Shown here in pieces: positions 61,713-64,000 of a stretch of 64,000 nucleotides of DNA (the stretch's first letter is position 1; each line of letters opens with the position of its first letter). The position numbers and the translations under genes are program-made. Source of the DNA: Mobula hypostoma (lineage: Eukaryota); NCBI RefSeq assembly GCF_963921235.1, contig NC_086097.1:161202001-161266000 (forward strand), given 5' to 3'. Under the pieces are notes generated by a model. The model made no database searches and was not told the DNA's origin. It was given only the letters and a program-made list of their open reading frames with translations.

Positions 61713-64000
61713 TCAGCAAGGTAAATGTATCAGGCTCACGGACCCTCTACAGCCGATCTCCACAGGCATAGCCACATCTGCCATTCTTTGTCCCTGCACT
61801 CCTAGGCTAAGGACTGAGCCTGCTCGCATCCTTCCCCCCATGGTACTGTGAGCTCCACCTGGATGATTTTGGTGGACCACAGTACAATGTCTGGTCAAAG
61901 TGTGGTTTGCCCCATCTCCAGGGACTACAGCTTACTCCCCACACCGACCCTTGTCTCCCATAATTTGGCAGTTTGCAGCAGATTGGATTTAGGCCTCTCT
62001 GATATGACTGGCGTGTCCCTCTCATTGTTGAAAATGACTGCCCTGTTTGCCTTTCTGCCAGCTGGTCTCTTTTTACACCTCTCCCGCAGCAGTGTGCCAG
62101 CAGGACCTTGGTGTGGCGCCACCTATGTCATCCTGTGTTAAAGCTGTTTTGCATCCTGACAGCATGTGTGCCAATGAACCCCACTGACCACAAAGCTTGC
62201 AATTAGGGTCCTCTGTCAGCCCCCCATGTGTGCAGCTGTGATGGTGTAGGGAGAGTGTCATATAGACTGCAGGAAGAAAGAAATACGGAAGGGCTCCAGT
62301 CGCCAAAGCTCTGCCCAAGTGACCTTTCACTTGGGAAGACCCCATTTCATCCAGGCACCCTGTGACCACAACTCTACTGCCTTTGATAACCACCTTTCAC
62401 CCTCGTGGTTCCATACCTCTGCCCAGACCACGACATGCCTAACCTTTGCACTTGCACTCCCCCATCATTAGAAGTGTGCAGAGGCGAGGCCTTGCCATCC
62501 CAGGCATGGGTTGCCGATAATTGCAGGGAGCTCATTGCCTGTTCTTTGGCCAAGTTGATGGCCCACTTTCAGCCCTATCTTGTTGTGACTCCTGCTTGGT
62601 TTATTAGCTTGTCATCAGAGCCCCTCACCGTTAACACGTCTACATTTTGCCACCTTGAACTCCTCCACTGCCGATGACAATGGGAGCTGTAGCTGGCCTG
62701 ATCTTATGTGAAGCTCCTCTGAAGCAAAACTTGCAAGGATCCCTAGCCATGTCCATAGGTGCTTATTGACCTTCCTCTTGGTGACTCCTACAGTGGTTAT
62801 GGGGAACTTGTACACATGAAAAGCCAGAGCAGCCTTGGTAGAAGACCATGTTGGTACAGCTATGTCATAAATTTCCCAGGTAGTCCAGTTTTGTTGATCT
62901 TCTTCAGCCACTCTTCAGTCTGCTTTAGAGTGTCAGTAATGTTGGCACTGTCCATCGCTGCGACGTGAAACCACTTTCCAAGACACTTTACTGGGTTGTC
63001 CTCTATGGATGGAATGACCTCCCTGTACTTGAAGACTGAACTTGCTAGTAATCTTGCCCTTTTGATCACCATGCATATGGACTTACTGGCCTTGAAGGTC
63101 ATCCTAGACCAGGTAGCTACATTGTCCAGGGTTTCTAATACCCCATCTTACTTGGACATGGGTTACAGTGGTTGCTGTGATGTCATTCATGAACTCTGGT
63201 ATTGCTGGTTGTCAGGTGCCGGGCTCCAACATGGGGCCTCCGGTTACGTCAGCTGCTGCTGATATGAGGAGGTTCATACCCGTAACAAACAAGATGGGAG
63301 AGATGGTACAACAGGTTGGAATCCCCTTTTGGAGATCCTGCCATTTGGTTATAAAACCGGCTAAAGCGAACCATAGCTTAAATCCTGCTAGGTAGCTGGT
63401 GACCATGTCTCGTATTACTGACGGGACATGGTCATGGATGAGGATGAGTGGAACTGATACGTAGCCATTGGCTAGGTCTATCCAGATGACTGTTAGGTCG
63501 TCTTTCTTCTGCCTGGCCTCACGGATCAACTGGCTGATTATTAAGGTGTGTTCAAGGCACCCTGAAAAGCCTGGGATGCTACCTTACTGGATGGATGTGT
63601 TGATGTAGTGGTTCTCCATTAAGTAAGAGGTCAGCCTTCTCGCAAGCACCGAGAAGAACATCCTGCACTCCACACTAAGGAGGGAGATTGTCCTAAACTG
63701 GGTGATTGTGGAGGAATCTTCTTCCTTGGGAACAAAGCATCCTTCAGCCATTTTCCAGTTTGGTGGGATAGAGCCTTTGGTCCAACTTTTCCTCACTACC
63801 TTCCACAACCTCCGGAGGAGTTTTGGGTATTTCTGATATACCTTCTTGGGTATACCACTTGATCCTGGGGCAGCAGATGACTTCGCCCTCTTGATGATAT
63901 CCTGGACCTCCTGCCACATGGGCTCCTCCACATTCAGCTCAGTTGCTAGGATTCTTGGTTGGGGGACTTTTGGACTGAATTCTAGTCCCTGATTCCTGTG
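61713..64000 (-). mobile_element. HERO-like (R2 group) non-LTR retrotransposon: RT, zinc knuckle and RLE, decayed; continues beyond the window
   Basis: AAPGSSGIP...QFRTISLLSVE...NTSIQ; LTVIWIDLANGYVSVP; KGIPTCCTISPILF; CKLCGQWGSLAHMLSGC; homologous to 16400-17700. Confidence 0.85.

Overview
Eukaryotic (vertebrate) genomic DNA, most likely a cartilaginous fish such as a ray (inferred from the CR1/Rex1/Penelope/V-SINE repeat landscape, not provable from the window alone). One host gene is supported: the coding exon of an orphan class-A GPCR, GPR20 (+ strand, about 22686-23693, preceded by a branch point and splice acceptor). Most of the rest is decayed and often deeply nested transposable elements: CR1 LINEs (one near full length with an esterase ORF1), Rex1/Babar LINEs, an L1/Tx1 fragment, two HERO/R2-group retrotransposons with restriction-like endonuclease, two Ty3/Gypsy elements and solo LTRs, two Tigger/pogo deletion derivatives, nested hAT elements, SINEs and many Penelope-like fragments. 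The most notable non-coding signal is a set of minimal hammerhead ribozyme motifs in the Penelope-like terminal repeats, several of which end exactly at the ribozyme's 5' stem. I found no prokaryotic systems (CRISPR, operons, rRNA). Coordinates were read by hand and fuzzy repeat boundaries are approximate.
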